Made by a program: the position numbers and the translations under genes. A stretch of DNA of 62,410 nucleotides, counting the filler, from Porpidia crustulata (taxonomy: Eukaryota), in NCBI GenBank assembly GCA_964255105.1. It is 4 parts of 4 records of this genome, joined end to end, with 100 filler letters (N's around TTAATTAATTAA, not from the genome) between each part and the next. Parts side by side here need not be neighbours in the genome. Positions count along the whole stretch, not along the records: positions 46,899 to 62,410 come from CAXUWE010000303.1; 3 more parts are not named here. One strand, 5' to 3'. Every line of letters begins with the position of its first letter. The stretch's first letter is position 1. This document shows positions 50,291 to 62,410 of this stretch, in pieces. A model generated the notes under the pieces. That model was not told the DNA's origin. It saw nothing but the letters and a program-made list of their open reading frames with translations, and made no database searches.

Positions 50291-53200
50291 TCAGGTGTAA
50301 TGGTCAGATCCCTGACGAGACAAGGTACCCGAAATCTCCAGATCGATCTCCTTGTCTGTCAAACCGAATCTTCTATACACGCTCACTCCCCACTTGTATA
50401 TCATATGTTCTTCTTTGAGATTCGGCTTGGCTGGATCACCAGTACCAGCGACACTGCTATTCTCGTTGATATGGTTTTCTCCTTGCATGCACATCTGATT
50501 CATGAGACTTTGCTCTTCCGCACGGTAAAAGGGCTCCTTAACGCTCAAGCTTACTTTGTCGCCAGCGCTTGATCTAGCCCGAAGAACAGGTCGTAGGATG
50601 GTCCGCAGCATGTTCAGATTCGGGACTACAACTCTTCGATCGTCCTGTGGATGCTGCGACAGCTTTTGGTATGTATTAGGACTTACTACCCGACACCATT
50701 GATGCCACAAACGCCGACCCGCGATGCTTCCATAGTTCTCCACAACCCCCTCGAGTAGCATATTGAATGCGCGACTACTTATGAAATGCCTCGCGCTCAT
50801 TTTAGAGGGTTCGCGAAGCGTTGTAGCTAACTCAGATAGACTCCCAGGCACTGTTAGAAATATAAGGCTCAACTGGTTCATCAGCTGGATCTGCCTCAAG
50901 TCAGGTAGTCGTGACGCATCATTAGTGGTGTTATACTTCCCCGTCAATAAGTTCTGGAGCAAAGCATATGCGCCAGATTTCAAGTGAGCCTTATCCATCC
51001 GACCAACTTTTATATCATGTTCCGTACGTAGAACGGCTCGTGCGAGAGCCATTGCGTCGACAGCATTCCAGTACACCTTTTTTGTCTCTTCGAACTTTGT
51101 CCCTTGAAACTTGGTCCCTTGAAAATTTGTCCCTCGATTCTTTGTCCCTCGAATGTACGCAAGAAGTTCTTCAACGCTTTCCCATTTCTGAAAGGCTACC
51201 TGACAGTGCAAGAGAGTTTTTAGTACGTCTGCCCGGAGGGGTCTCTTAAGACTCTTAGTGACCTTGTCCAGAAGGTCTGCATCTGAGGTAGCGAGAGCAA
51301 AACGGAGGAGAGGTGGTTGCAAGCTACTATTGGAATACATCTCGGGCATGATTATTGGGCCGTCGATTTCATCATTGCGTAAAAGCCATCTGCCAAAATC
51401 AAAGAGCTTAGCGTCGGTTACCAAGTCAAGAAAAGCAGCCAGGACGTGAACGGGGATATCAAGATGGACACCAGAAATAGCGTCTAAGCCACTCAACGTC
51501 AATTCTGTATCATCCTCGGCCGGATTTTGATGACTCAGGTCAAGCGTCAAAGCCCGTATAGTTTTATCGCGGTTTGCATCAACCAGTGCCTGCAATTTCC
51601 TAAAGGTACGGAGAGCCCCTTGCACATCACCTCGATTTGAGAAAGTATTGAGGTTTTCGTGCAGGAGACCTACATTGAAACCGCTCTGGTCAGCTATATA
51701 GCCTGGGGCTGAGGAGCCGGGAGACTCGTCAATGTTGGAAGGATCTATTTCCTTGAGGTATGACGGTGCCAGGTTGATTAGAAATTCTAGAACCCTAGGC
51801 TCCGTCTCGGGATGGATTCCTTCCGATTCAATCAGACGAAGAAGGATGGCGCTCCAAGAGTTGGTGTCAAGGGCAAAGTGTTTTCGTTCAAGCAAACTCT
51901 TACATGCCTTGAGATATTGTATAATCTCAGCTGGACCATTGCTACGCAGATCCACTGTCCTCTTTGTTGTGTTTACCAAGCCATCAATGAGTGCCACTAC
52001 AACTTCACTACTCACTGTTCGAGGAGGTATTCGTACTAGATCTGGGCCTCCCAAGCGACCTACTATACTTATACCACGACCCATTTGGTTGATGCGAGAT
52101 CGTGCAATTTCAGATTTGACACGAGACCAAGTGTCGCTTTCCACGCAAGGTTTGTGTAGAGCATGCCAGTTTACAGCCGACCATCTTTGGTCGCCCTTAC
52201 GTCTCATCATTTCGTTCACGATCCAAGCGCCTTCTGTGATCCAGCCGCCTTCGACACAGGACCATAGAACCAGATCCAACCATACCTCAAGATCAAGCTT
52301 ACCTATGCTTGGGCGTAAGCCGGATGGAGGGAACCCAAAGATGTTTCCCGTTTTCGTTGATTCCGACAAGGATACTGTTGAACTCATTTCATAGGCTTTC
52401 CATTCAGCATCTGATAGGATCGTCATGATGCGTGATGAAAAGCTAGACAACGTTGGAGGCCTTTGTACTACAGACTGATCATCCGCTGCTTTGTAGTTAT
52501 AAATTGTTTCGGGAAGAACGTTGATGTGGTGGAGATAAGCTAGTATTCGATGAACGTTGAACATGATGAGGTCGAAAGTCTCGTCCTCCTCGGCACGGTC
52601 TGCTGCTTGTAATATCATAGAGGCGATGCTTTGCCATATTTGTCCTATGCCTTCACGCCTCATATAATCTGGTACTTGCCGATTCTCAGATATCATCATA
52701 GATGTTAACTCATCGAGAGAAAGATCTGATTTCGCAGGCAGATTGGCGCGTTCGGCCCAAATCGGGGATCTTGTTATTAATCGTAAGCGCTTACGAGCTG
52801 TCAACCATGGCATGTCGGAGATGAGTTTTGTCTTCTCCTCGAGCAGTGAAGTAGTGGATTTTGAACTTTGCTGCAACATAGCTTTGACTAACCATTGGAC
52901 GGCTTCCCATCTCCCTTGATCCACCCCAAGATGAGTGAGCAAATCTAGTCTCAGAGGCTTGGCAGTCCGCGCTGCGAAAAGAAGACGAGGGAGGCTCTGT
53001 ATAGGCCGCAGGCTGGAGTGATTGAACGTGGGTTTGCGATTAGAGAGTCGGAGCTCGTGCGGCAGGTACCAATCAAGGATTTTAGCCCAGACTTCTGGGT
53101 TCCGACGTGGAGATGAGCTTGAGATTGACGACTGATACGATTGGGAGTTGCGATCCAACATGGCAGTTTGGATTAGGGATTCACTTGTCATCGCTGATGC

Positions 53201-53347
53201 ATACTTTCTGATGCGCCCAGTCTGCTTTTTTGACAACCTCCGAGCGACAGATCGAGCGGCCGAGGGTACAAGAAATAGAGGTATTGAGGCTCCCCCTTGG
53301 CCGATGTCTAGGGTTTGCGCGAGGCTGCGGGAAACACACATTCTCAT
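50291..53347 (-). CDS. Hypothetical 1018-aa protein, predicted largely helical; possibly mitochondrial and PPR-like
   Basis: Single long ORF with an Arg/Ser-rich N-terminus and Leu-rich helical segments (LDLVLWSCVEGGWITEG, SRAFNMLLEGVV). Family not firmly recognised. Confidence 0.75.
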   Translation of the reverse strand: MRMCVSRSLAQTLDIGQGGASIPLFLVPSAARSVARRLSKKQTGRIRKYASAMTSESLIQTAMLDRNSQSYQSSISSSSPRRNPEVWAKILDWYLPHELRLSNRKPTFNHSSLRPIQSLPRLLFAARTAKPLRLDLLTHLGVDQGRWEAVQWLVKAMLQQSSKSTTSLLEEKTKLISDMPWLTARKRLRLITRSPIWAERANLPAKSDLSLDELTSMMISENRQVPDYMRREGIGQIWQSIASMILQAADRAEEDETFDLIMFNVHRILAYLHHINVLPETIYNYKAADDQSVVQRPPTLSSFSSRIMTILSDAEWKAYEMSSTVSLSESTKTGNIFGFPPSGLRPSIGKLDLEVWLDLVLWSCVEGGWITEGAWIVNEMMRRKGDQRWSAVNWHALHKPCVESDTWSRVKSEIARSRINQMGRGISIVGRLGGPDLVRIPPRTVSSEVVVALIDGLVNTTKRTVDLRSNGPAEIIQYLKACKSLLERKHFALDTNSWSAILLRLIESEGIHPETEPRVLEFLINLAPSYLKEIDPSNIDESPGSSAPGYIADQSGFNVGLLHENLNTFSNRGDVQGALRTFRKLQALVDANRDKTIRALTLDLSHQNPAEDDTELTLSGLDAISGVHLDIPVHVLAAFLDLVTDAKLFDFGRWLLRNDEIDGPIIMPEMYSNSSLQPPLLRFALATSDADLLDKVTKSLKRPLRADVLKTLLHCQVAFQKWESVEELLAYIRGTKNRGTNFQGTKFQGTKFEETKKVYWNAVDAMALARAVLRTEHDIKVGRMDKAHLKSGAYALLQNLLTGKYNTTNDASRLPDLRQIQLMNQLSLIFLTVPGSLSELATTLREPSKMSARHFISSRAFNMLLEGVVENYGSIAGRRLWHQWCRVVSPNTYQKLSQHPQDDRRVVVPNLNMLRTILRPVLRARSSAGDKVSLSVKEPFYRAEEQSLMNQMCMQGENHINENSSVAGTGDPAKPNLKEEHMIYKWGVSVYRRFGLTDKEIDLEISGTLSRQGSDHYT
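51081..51155 (-). repeat. In-frame 15-bp tandem repeat, five copies, inside the 1018-aa gene
   Basis: Plus-strand units tttgtctcttcgaac / tttgtcccttgaaac / ttggtcccttgaaaa / tttgtccctcgattc / tttgtccctcgaatg encode IRGTK-NRGTN-FQGTK-FQGTK-FEETK on the minus strand. Confidence 0.85.
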
Positions 53348-53787
53348 CCTGCCCTCTTATACTGCAGTCGTTCTTCAAGATTTTCTATCAGCACAATGTT
53401 GCTTTAGTCATGCGTACGATCGTGCGATGAGAAGAGAATACTTCTCATAGTGGGCGAGGGCTGTAATTTGGACCTGCAATGTCACGACGTCCTTGAATGA
53501 GCTGAGCTACACATCGCCACTCACCTCCGAGCTCAGTGGTGTCTCCATGCTTAATTGCTCATCGCTAAACTCAGTCGATGTTTTAGCGCTTGCCGCCTGG
53601 CTAAGCGCGACAATGTTCCATTCAAATGATAATATTCTTGAATAAAGTATCACGGAAACACAGAATTCTGCGGCGCGTATCATAGTCATTGTGTTACCTG
53701 ACCCCTTCACTGATCATGCCGTATCTATTTCATTCATGACTTCAAGGGTGCTCTCCAGGAAGTAATCAATAGACCTCAACCGTTAAC

Positions 53788-55410
53788 ATGGGCGTTTATC
53801 GTCTTGGTAAGTTCAATCACTGCTCTATTTAGGAATTTAGTTTTTCAAGTTAAAGAGAAGCCTTATTCCCCATTCATCTATTTGACATGCGTGCCATATC
53901 TTGATTGTCTCGATCTTCTACTTTGTAGAAGCCCAGACGGACACTGACTGGCTACTAGAGCTGGCCAAGAGCGGACGTGCCGTTTGCAAAAATGCTGAAT
54001 GTAAGAAAAATGGTGTGAAAATTCTTACGGGGGAGCTGAGATTCTGCAACTTGGTCACCATCAAGGAAAATCAGTCATGGCAATACAAACACTGGTCTGT
54101 GGAGCCCACAGCTTATCCTTTTGCTTATCAAGCTCAATCTGCTGTAGGGGTTGTGTAACGCCCAAGCAGCTCGCAAACATAAAAGAGACTATTGAGGATG
54201 ACCTAAATCTACTTGATGGCTATGAGGATCTTGATACTGAAAGCCAGGAGAAAGTGAGGAACGCTCTTGCCGACGGACACGTTGATGATTCGGATTGGAA
54301 AGGGGTTAGTACGGCAACGGTATACCTTAATTCAAAATAGTAAGTCTTTCAGGATCCCGAGCAGAACCGTCCTGGCAAGAATGGATTCCGTACCCGTATT
54401 TCGAAGAAGAAATCAAAGCCTGAGATGGAAGATGTGAGTAGCTCTACATTCGCTTTGGCCTCACATCCGGCGATACCATATCTTGACAAGATTTACTTAT
54501 CCCTCTGTAGTCTAGAAACGAAGATGATGTTCTTAGTCCCAATAAGCCGCTGAAAAACAAACGTGGCCCCTCAGATACGGAATTGAATGATCTCAGCGAC
54601 GATCCCGAGGGTGACGAAAGACCAGCAAAGAAGGCTAGGAAAACCGTAGGTAGGAAAGCAAAACCCACAAATGATGACGTGTACGATGGCTCCGTGCCCA
54701 AGGTACAGAAAACGAATAAGGGTCAAAGTAAGGCGCAAAAGACCGAAGGCCACGTAGTTGACAGGCAAGTTCAACCGAATGGACCTACCAGCGGCCACGA
54801 CGTCGTTCCTCAACTTCCACCAAAGAAAAACCGCGGTTCACAAAAGGTCGCCAAAATCGCAGAAACCAAGGTCCAAAACAACGATACTGTTCTCAGAGAC
54901 GAAGAAAATGAGAAAAAATTAAAGACACCAAAACTTCCAGCCAGAGCTGCTGTACCCCTAAGGACCAATGGCGAAGACGTAAAGAAGGGCAAGGAGAGCG
55001 AACAAAGAATCCATGAAGCCAGAAAACCTTCTACCAGGCAAGCTAGTGCAATTGCTAAAAGGAATGCCAAGACTCACGACAGAGAGATCGCCAGCCGTGG
55101 AGATGAGCGAGAATCATCTAACCAAAAGAAGAAAGCAACCAAGTCACCGAGTACATTAAAGAAGTCTTCAGCAATAACGAATGATGCAGAGATCGATGTT
55201 GGGGTTTCCCAAGTCGAGGCTCTCTCAGAAGCCTCACAAGACAGCGAGAGTGCCAAGAAGGTGACTCTCAAGGGAGCTAAGTCTGCGGCAGGTCCAAGCA
55301 AGAGAAGAGCAAAAAGGCCTCCCTTTTCTCAGGTGAAATTCATATATAATGCGAAGCGCCAGCCTCAGAGAATGCTAACCTTCAGATCTTAGGACGATGA
55401 TGGAGCTTAA
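53788..55410 (+). CDS. zf-PARP (PARP-type zinc finger) domain protein with a Lys-rich disordered tail
   Basis: Spliced translation MGVYRLELAKSGRAVCKNAECKK...ILTGELRF...WQYKHWGCVTPKQ...LDGYEDL...QEKVRNALADGHVDDSDWKG-DPEQNRPG. The 3' end depends on the last acceptor (stop at 55400 or 55410). Confidence 0.85.
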
Positions 55411-56437
55411 CAATGTATCCAATGTACAGAGCTCAGCGCCGTTAGAGATCGCTGACAGCATTGCTCAGTGACTTTATCTCGCCTTGAGCTTTGTTTTCTA
55501 GATCTCCGAATGATGATATTGGCTCCCTCATGATGCGGCGTTGAATTTCAGCTTTCGCGCCTGCCATGTATGTTTCGCAAATCAGCTTCCTATGTTTGCT
55601 AAGATTTGCACTAAATCTCACGAAATACCAAGTCAGTAGTCGGTGCCACATTTGTGGATACCTTCAGCTATTTCGAATCTACTTTCTCATACCATTGTCA
55701 TAGCTCTGCGAGAGTGAATGCCAAATTATAACAGCCTCCAGCGCCTACTTCCATTCCTAACCAACGGAAGTCGCGATGCTCTTACCACTTTCTGTTAGGA
55801 AGGCTCATCTGGCTGAGAATATCACCTCCACAGTACTTTTTCATTTGCCCAGTCCTAATGATCAGGTGGAAGTCGAAATTCAGAAGCTTTACTTAGCAGA
55901 ATGACGGATGAGCTGTAAATAAGGTAGGTCTATTGTCAATCCCATACCTTATGCGAATGACTATACTCGTGAATACCAACTCTGAGCTTTAAAGAACCCT
56001 ACTTTTAACCGTAGTCTATTGTCCCAGCGACTTTAGCCTAGGTTGTGTTGAATAGAAGAAACCTCTGCTAGCCTTGTCAAGTGAATGTCAAAGTATAACC
56101 ATACAGGATTCTTGTCGGTCTCTCTTCCTTGGACTCCCTTAGGCGGCGGAGTTTGTCACTACCACTCTCTTTTACCAATAAACATACTTACAGGTATTTT
56201 CCAGTCCCGAATGAATAGGAAAGTATCGTATTGATATCCGCGAACCATTACTGTCACTTTTTTCGCGCTCACTTGTCTTGGAGCACCGCTCTTTGCGCTA
56301 TCTTAAGGTAGTTGCGCAACCCTTTTTCAACCGCGGCAAAGGTGAGCAGTTGCATATCAGACGATCACAATTGAGCTATCATTGACATCCCTTCAGGCCA
56401 ACTCACTCCCTATCTCTGGTTTACGTTTGCTGCGAAC

Positions 56438-59400
56438 ATGACGAGCATCAGAGCAGGTTCCCTGCCGAACTCATCGCTTCAGGAGCTACCAGCATCAGAA
56501 CTGTGCTCCGACTATCTTGCTGGATTTTGCCGTCGAGGGGATAAATGTCTTAAGGTGCATGAAATCTGTGCAGTCTCAATAGCAGGCTATCAACCTGTAC
56601 CGCCATTATATGGTCCCACAAATTTCCTCTCCCAGAGCCCTCGTCGTTCGCAGTCGGTAAAGTGTGCGTTTGATAACGAAGGTCCAGGAGAACTGTCTAG
56701 TAATGGTGCAAGACATGACAATGACCATGTCGATATCTGCGACATACGGATCTTACCCACAATGGACGAGATTCTCTGCAACCGACCACCCTACATGCCA
56801 CAAAAAGATGATCATACACTGCATCGCTATGTACTTGGCCAACGACGCTTGATGGATGTCAACTTTAGACAACTCAGATACGACAGCACAAAAGTAATCA
56901 TCGACACCTGTGAGCATGCCTGCCAGCTCTTACTGGCATCCGTATTGCAATCTCGGTTCCCAAATCCTGGTATTCCAGTACAGACACCGCAAGGATTCCA
57001 ATACTATTTTTATAGTGACATCAATTTCGAGAATGCCAGATTTCACGAGAACCAGGGTATACATCTTCGTATCAGCTTCTCATGCCCTCAGGAATTGCGA
57101 AGTAGGCGCATACTTTCCTCCGGACGCCTAGAGCAAGGGATGCTAGTGGCGTTGATTGGATATGATCAACAGTTAAAGGAGGTATCAACAACGTTCATGA
57201 ACGTGGATCTTTGCCAGAGCACCGATGCTATGAAGTCGATAACGGGTGATCATTCGCGAGGTTTGCAGTTTCTCACCTTCTCGTATACTGGACTCTAACT
57301 TTGGAAAGCTTCCGTTCTTCTGTCTTTCGCAGATCAAGATGATATTGAAGCCATCAGAAGACTTCTCTACAAAATTAGTGGATTAATTCCGGAAACCTTT
57401 GTACTCGTTGAATTTCCAGGGATATTGCTGGCAGGATTCTCACCCACCTTAAAGCAACTTCAAAACCTTTCTCGTGAAGACGAGAAAATTGCTTTTATCT
57501 CGTCCATTGCACCTACCGTCGAAGGACATAGCCCGGCCGTGGCACCCCCAAGGTACGCCGCCTCGGACGATTTTGAATTTCGACTGGATGTACTCCATGC
57601 GAAAGATCAGACTAAATCCACGTCAGGGCTTAGCCTGAAGCCAAACAACTTCCTATCCAATCAAGAGCAGCAAGAAGCCTTCATCGAGACCCTCGGCCAA
57701 AGCACGACTCTAGATCATGGTCAGTCCACTGCTCTCTGTGAGAGTCTATGCCGCGGTCTCGCATTCACACAAGGTCCACCGGGTACCGGTAAAACATATC
57801 TCGGGGTTTCTCTAGCCAAGGTCATACTAGCGTCTCGCCAGGAGTCCCCCAAGCCCATCCTCTGTGTGACCCAGACAAATCATGCACTCGATGGGTACCT
57901 CCATGACCTTCTGAGCGACGGTGTAACCAAAATAGCTCGATTGGGACGAGGAAGTAAGGAGAACTGGACTACCCCATATCAGCTGCGTGAGCTGTGCCGT
58001 AAAATGAAAATTACGAGCATCGAGCGCTCCAAGCTAAATCAAAGCTACCTACAAGTCGAGTGTCTTGCGAAGGAAGGTACTAGCTTTTGTGAATCGATGA
58101 ACGACCAAGGCATGAGCTGGCTTGCAATTCGGGGGCACTTGCAGGGAAATTATCACTCCATATTTGAACAATTTGCGATCCTCGAAGCGGTCGATGAGCA
58201 GCGTTTATCTGATATACGATTAGCACGCAAAGCTGGAGGCTTCGCTTTTGAGTACTGGAGCCGAGGTGGCGATCTGAATGATGTCGAGCAACTTTTAATA
58301 TGTTTTGATACGATGCTTGGTGAAAGCGACGTAACTGGCAATCATAATAGTGTGAAGACGAGGGAGCGAGTACTCGCCACTATAGCCAACAATATGGAGC
58401 ATGCAAAGGTCAACCTTGACAAAGTTTCTGGCCAGAAGCTTTGGAGTTTATCTTTAGAAAATCGGCGGCTCCTTCTACAGAAGTGGGGAGCTGAAATCTG
58501 TCCCTGGAAAATTGCAGATCAAACGGCGGAAATTCATCGACGACATCGAGCCGCTATTATCAGAAGAAAGCTAATTCAACAGGAGATTGACGCGAGGTGT
58601 TTGGGACAACAGGATGTGATTGGTATGACCACCACTGCTTGTGCGAGGGACTGGTCCATGTTAAGACAGCTTGGCTTGGAGGTGGTGATAAGCGAAGAGG
58701 CAGGTGAAGTAATGGAGGCACACACATTATGCACATTGTTTCCGACGGTAACGCATGCGATATATATTGGAGACCCTCTTCAACTGAGGCCCCAAATCAG
58801 TCAGCCATCCTTATCACTCGAAACCCCTGCGGGTGCTCTTTATCGACTGGACCAGTCGCTTTTTGAGAGGATGATGTTCCCGTTATCTCCAGGAGTTATC
58901 CCTCTTCAAAAAAAAAAACATAANNNNNNNNNNCATCACAACTTAATCTTCAACGACGAATGCATCCAGAAATTGCAGATATAATGAGAGCTACTCTGTA
59001 TCCGAACCTTCAAGACCACGAGTCGACGCACCAGCATCTTCCTGTTGCTGGTCTGAGAGATCGAGTGTGGTGGCTCAACCATCAAGAGCTTGAAGATCGA
59101 CCTGACCACCGCTCGATGATGTCGAAATCATATTCAAATGCATATGAAGTTGAGATGATCGCCGGACTTGTACAATATCTCGTGAATAGTAACGAGTACG
59201 ACTTTGGCGATATCGCAGTATTGACACCATACAATGGGCAGCTTGCAGCGTTGAATAGCCGGCTGAGCATGACATGCTCAATTCTTCTAGGAGAGAAGGA
59301 CAGGGAAAGCCTACTAAGTTTAGGACGTCTAGAAGAGGGCGAGAGCCAGCGAGGATTCAAAACAGATGTGGCCATAACTACTACGCTTCGTCTAGCTTCT

Positions 59401-61698
59401 ATCGACTCTTTCCAGGGTGAAGAAGCTAAGATTGTCATCCTTAGCACGGTGCGAAGCAATGCGGAGGATCGGGTCGGCTTCTTGAAGACCACAAACCGGA
59501 TCAACGTTGGGTGTAGCCGCGCTCGTGATGGATTCTACATTATTGGGAACGCATCACTTATGAAAGGTGTCGAGATGTGGGAGTCCATTGTGGAATTATT
59601 AACTCGAAAACACAAGATCGGGCCAAGCTTTCAAACTTGTTGCTCTAGACATGCTGGGCGAACTTATGAAATCCGCAATCCTGAAGACTTTCAGACTATT
59701 CCAAGCTGTCAGGTTCTCTGTGGCTCAGAACTTCCGTGTGGACACCCATGTAAGGAGATGTGCCATGGTCCTTCACTTCATACTCGAATAATCTGCTCCG
59801 AGCCTTGCCATAGATACCTTGAACCCTGTGGGCATCAATGCACCAAGTCCTGTGGCGAAGCTTGTGGGGAGTGTTTACAAGAGCTTGACCTGACGATACT
59901 TCGTTGTGGCCATCAATACTCGGTGACCTGTTGCGAGGTTCAAACGCCAAGACAGTTGATAGGTAGAAATATTTGCAAAGCGATTGTTGGGACCGTCATA
60001 CTACCTTGTGGTCACCAGCAGGATCAGCTCTGCTCGACCAGCGATGTCCCACTAGTATGCAAAGAACGCTGCGGGAGATTGCTCGAATGTGGTCACCGCT
60101 GCTTCGGGCTTTGCTCGGATTGTAAGGAGAACGCAAGCCATCCCGCGTGCGTTGAGTTGTGCGATAAGAATCAAGATTGCGGCCACCATTGTACTGCGCC
60201 TTGCCACGGAGGGAAATGTCCGCCCTGCCTACTTCCATGTCAGCGATCATGCATTCACGGCAAATGTTCGCAAGTGTGCAGCAAGGTTTGTGACCCATGT
60301 GTTAAAACCTGCAGCTCAAGCTGCAAACACCAAGAAGTCTCTACTACATTATGTTGCTTAACTTATGCTCAGAATCCTTGCAACGAGCCATGCAGCCGCC
60401 TTCTACAATGTGGTCATTTATGCCCAAGCCTCTGTGGAGAACGTTGTGCAACCGTCTGCGGCCAGTGCAAGGATGGCAATTTCCCTGCCCAATCGCAAAT
60501 CTCTCTCTCCTGTGGACATAGCTTTGATGTGAAGAGACTTGATCATCACGTTGGCCTCGAGAAGGTCTTCAAGACTACAGATACGGGTACGATTCGTCGT
60601 CCACGATCCGGTATAACATTGGGAGACAAAATGCTCCCTAGTTGCCCAGAATGTAACATGCAATGCCACGATGTCCGGAGATATGCTCTGCTTACCCACG
60701 TTCAGGCCATTCAAGCGAACATTGACCGACTTTTCAAGAAACTAGGACGGAAAATGTGCCAATTCATGGGTCACATTAATGACGCTAAGGAGGAACTTCA
60801 ATCTGACTTTACTGAATTTCAGAAGCGACTCAAAGCAGGACCATTGGCAGGGAAGAGAAACGAACACCTTGTCCGAATACGTGGGAGCGCGCTGAACGAC
60901 ATCCAGCTGCAGCTCACTGGGTTCAGAGGTAAATACTAAGCAGCTCTCTTGAATGTTCCTATATACTAATAACTTGCAGATGACATTGTAGTTCGAGTCG
61001 AAGATGAAATTTGCAACTTGGCAATGTTTCTCAACGATGCCCAGATCGTGCCTACGTACAACATGTCCTTCAAAATACGATTTGATTCACTTTATTATCG
61101 TTGCCGGCTGATCATACTCGAGGAAGCAGTCAAGATGGCTGCTGTGACCCAAGCATTGGCGGACACATCGCAGCACATGTTTGCTCTCAACGAAGGTCTT
61201 CGTACATTGACGTTGGCAGAGGCCCAGGCGCATATGACAGCTATGCAAACGATCATCGATCAATGCCAAGTAAAGGGACTTAGGCGCCTCGAGGTCGAAC
61301 TACGTCTGTTACAGGCCTCATTTCACCAAGTAGTAAATTCGCTGTCGTCCGCTAGTCATGAAAATGTCAAAGCCAGTATAGAGAAGACTTTGAATCTGTG
61401 CACAAAGTTTCCAAAATCCGCCGGGGTTCTGATGAACACCTGCAAGTCTGCAATGCTTGGATTGAAAGGCCGGCAAAGCCCAACCAACCTTTACGCCAAG
61501 GAGACACGACTGTTTTGGAAGAAATGGAGGGATCACGAACTCGGACATCTGAAATGTTGCCCGCTCGGTCATCCATACTCGAGCGCGACCTTTTCGGATT
61601 GTCCCGAATGCGGTCCAGAAGTGGCACAGATTGATTACAATAGCTTTTTGCACGAGGATGCTTTTGTCAAGAGATTGCTCGAGATGAACAAGCGTTGA
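56438..61698 (+). CDS. ZNFX1-like (NFX1-type zinc finger) Upf1-family SF1 RNA helicase with an N-terminal CCCH finger; frame interrupted at 58908-58933
   Basis: CCCH finger CSDYLAGFCRRGDKCLKVH; Walker A QGPPGTGKT; TNHALD; Walker B SEEAGE; IGDPLQLRP; SLFERM; QRRMHPEI; IDSFQGEEAKIVILS; RINVGCSRAR; tandem CGHxC NF-X1 fingers; C-terminal CPLGHPY...CPECG. Introns 57261-57308 and 60929-60979. Confidence 0.92.
58924..58933. other. Scaffold gap (10 N) inside the helicase gene
   Basis: N10 preceded by A11-CATAA. Confidence 0.95.
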
Positions 61699-62410
61699 TA
61701 TGGTGAGGCTGGAATAGGAGGTTATGGATTTTATATTTCTTGAATATGTCGGAGATTTAGCGCAGCAAACTGCAACCAAATTGTAGTAAAGAAAGTCAGG
61801 GTAGAAGCGAAAAGGCGTAGATTAGGTATTCAACGTAACCATTACGATTGTAGAATTCACAATCACACACCTCAAGATAAGAAAACAACCAACGAAACAA
61901 GGAAGGACAATTATGAAGAATTAAGCTTCCGATGTGTCAAGGAACACGACATGGTTCCAAAAAGGACTGACAACTGATAATCGGTGGCATGACGATTTCA
62001 AGGATCGAGTAGGGCGTAGCCATCAACAGCCGTGGTCGACATTTGGAAGTAAACGTCATTTCTATCCATTGCCACCCACAGCCCCAGGTAGAGATCATGA
62101 CCTTAATTAACGAACGTGGAAGATATGAGGATGGACGATGGCGACATGAATGGATATCCTTGATAATTCTAGATTGGCGAGAGCGGATCGACCGTTGCCT
62201 CGGGCTTGGTGGCTTGGAATGATCGCAAGCTTAGAACCGTCACCAGTGAAAGATATTAGCTACATCATAAGTCAGGGGTAAACTCATGTAGATACTCAAT
62301 CGTGGTGCATAGATTTATGGGTTGTGACGAGAGTTTGGACGGGAAGTCTATCGAGATGGCTTGATCTACGGTACGGGAGAAGGGTCCGGAGGGACAGGGG
62401 TGCGGTGGAG

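Noticed and set aside
53788..61698. zf-PARP gene next to the ZNFX1-like helicase as a nucleic-acid-sensing defence module
   Set aside because: Stand-alone zf-PARP proteins are widespread in fungi; adjacency of two genes is not evidence of a shared system without synteny data.
61700..62410. Possible gene end at the right window edge
   Set aside because: No ORF of 60 aa or more and no recognisable motif on either strand.

Overview
Eukaryotic DNA from a filamentous ascomycete (Pezizomycotina; short GT-AG introns with CTRAY branch points). The window is not one locus. It is four unrelated contigs (1-15541, 15642-31175, 31276-46798, 46899-62410; 15,541/15,534/15,523/15,512 bp, in decreasing length) joined by artificial 100-bp N44-TTAATTAATTAA-N44 spacers, so adjacency across spacers is meaningless. 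Contig 1: TRM1 (partial), an intron-containing tRNA-Ser(GCT), MED17, phosphofructokinase, a Pro/Ser-rich protein and the 3' part of an alpha-1,3-glucan synthase. Contig 2: POP1 (partial), DUF1348, a fasciclin protein, acyl-protein thioesterase, a Prx5/Ahp1 peroxiredoxin, an FMP46-like protein and a very large RRM protein whose RRM is split by an in-frame TAA. Contig 3: two tandem five-exon paralogs of a family I do not recognise, with the same intron phases and a shared ~200-aa domain that the ORF track shows only in fragments, then a GT8 glycosyltransferase and an STL1-like sugar porter. Contig 4: Psk1/S6K-like kinase, a 1018-aa hypothetical protein, a zf-PARP protein and a ZNFX1-like SF1 helicase interrupted by a poly(A)+N insert. 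The best leads are the unrecognised paralog pair and the stop-interrupted RRM gene. All calls come from manual translation and motif recognition, not database searches.
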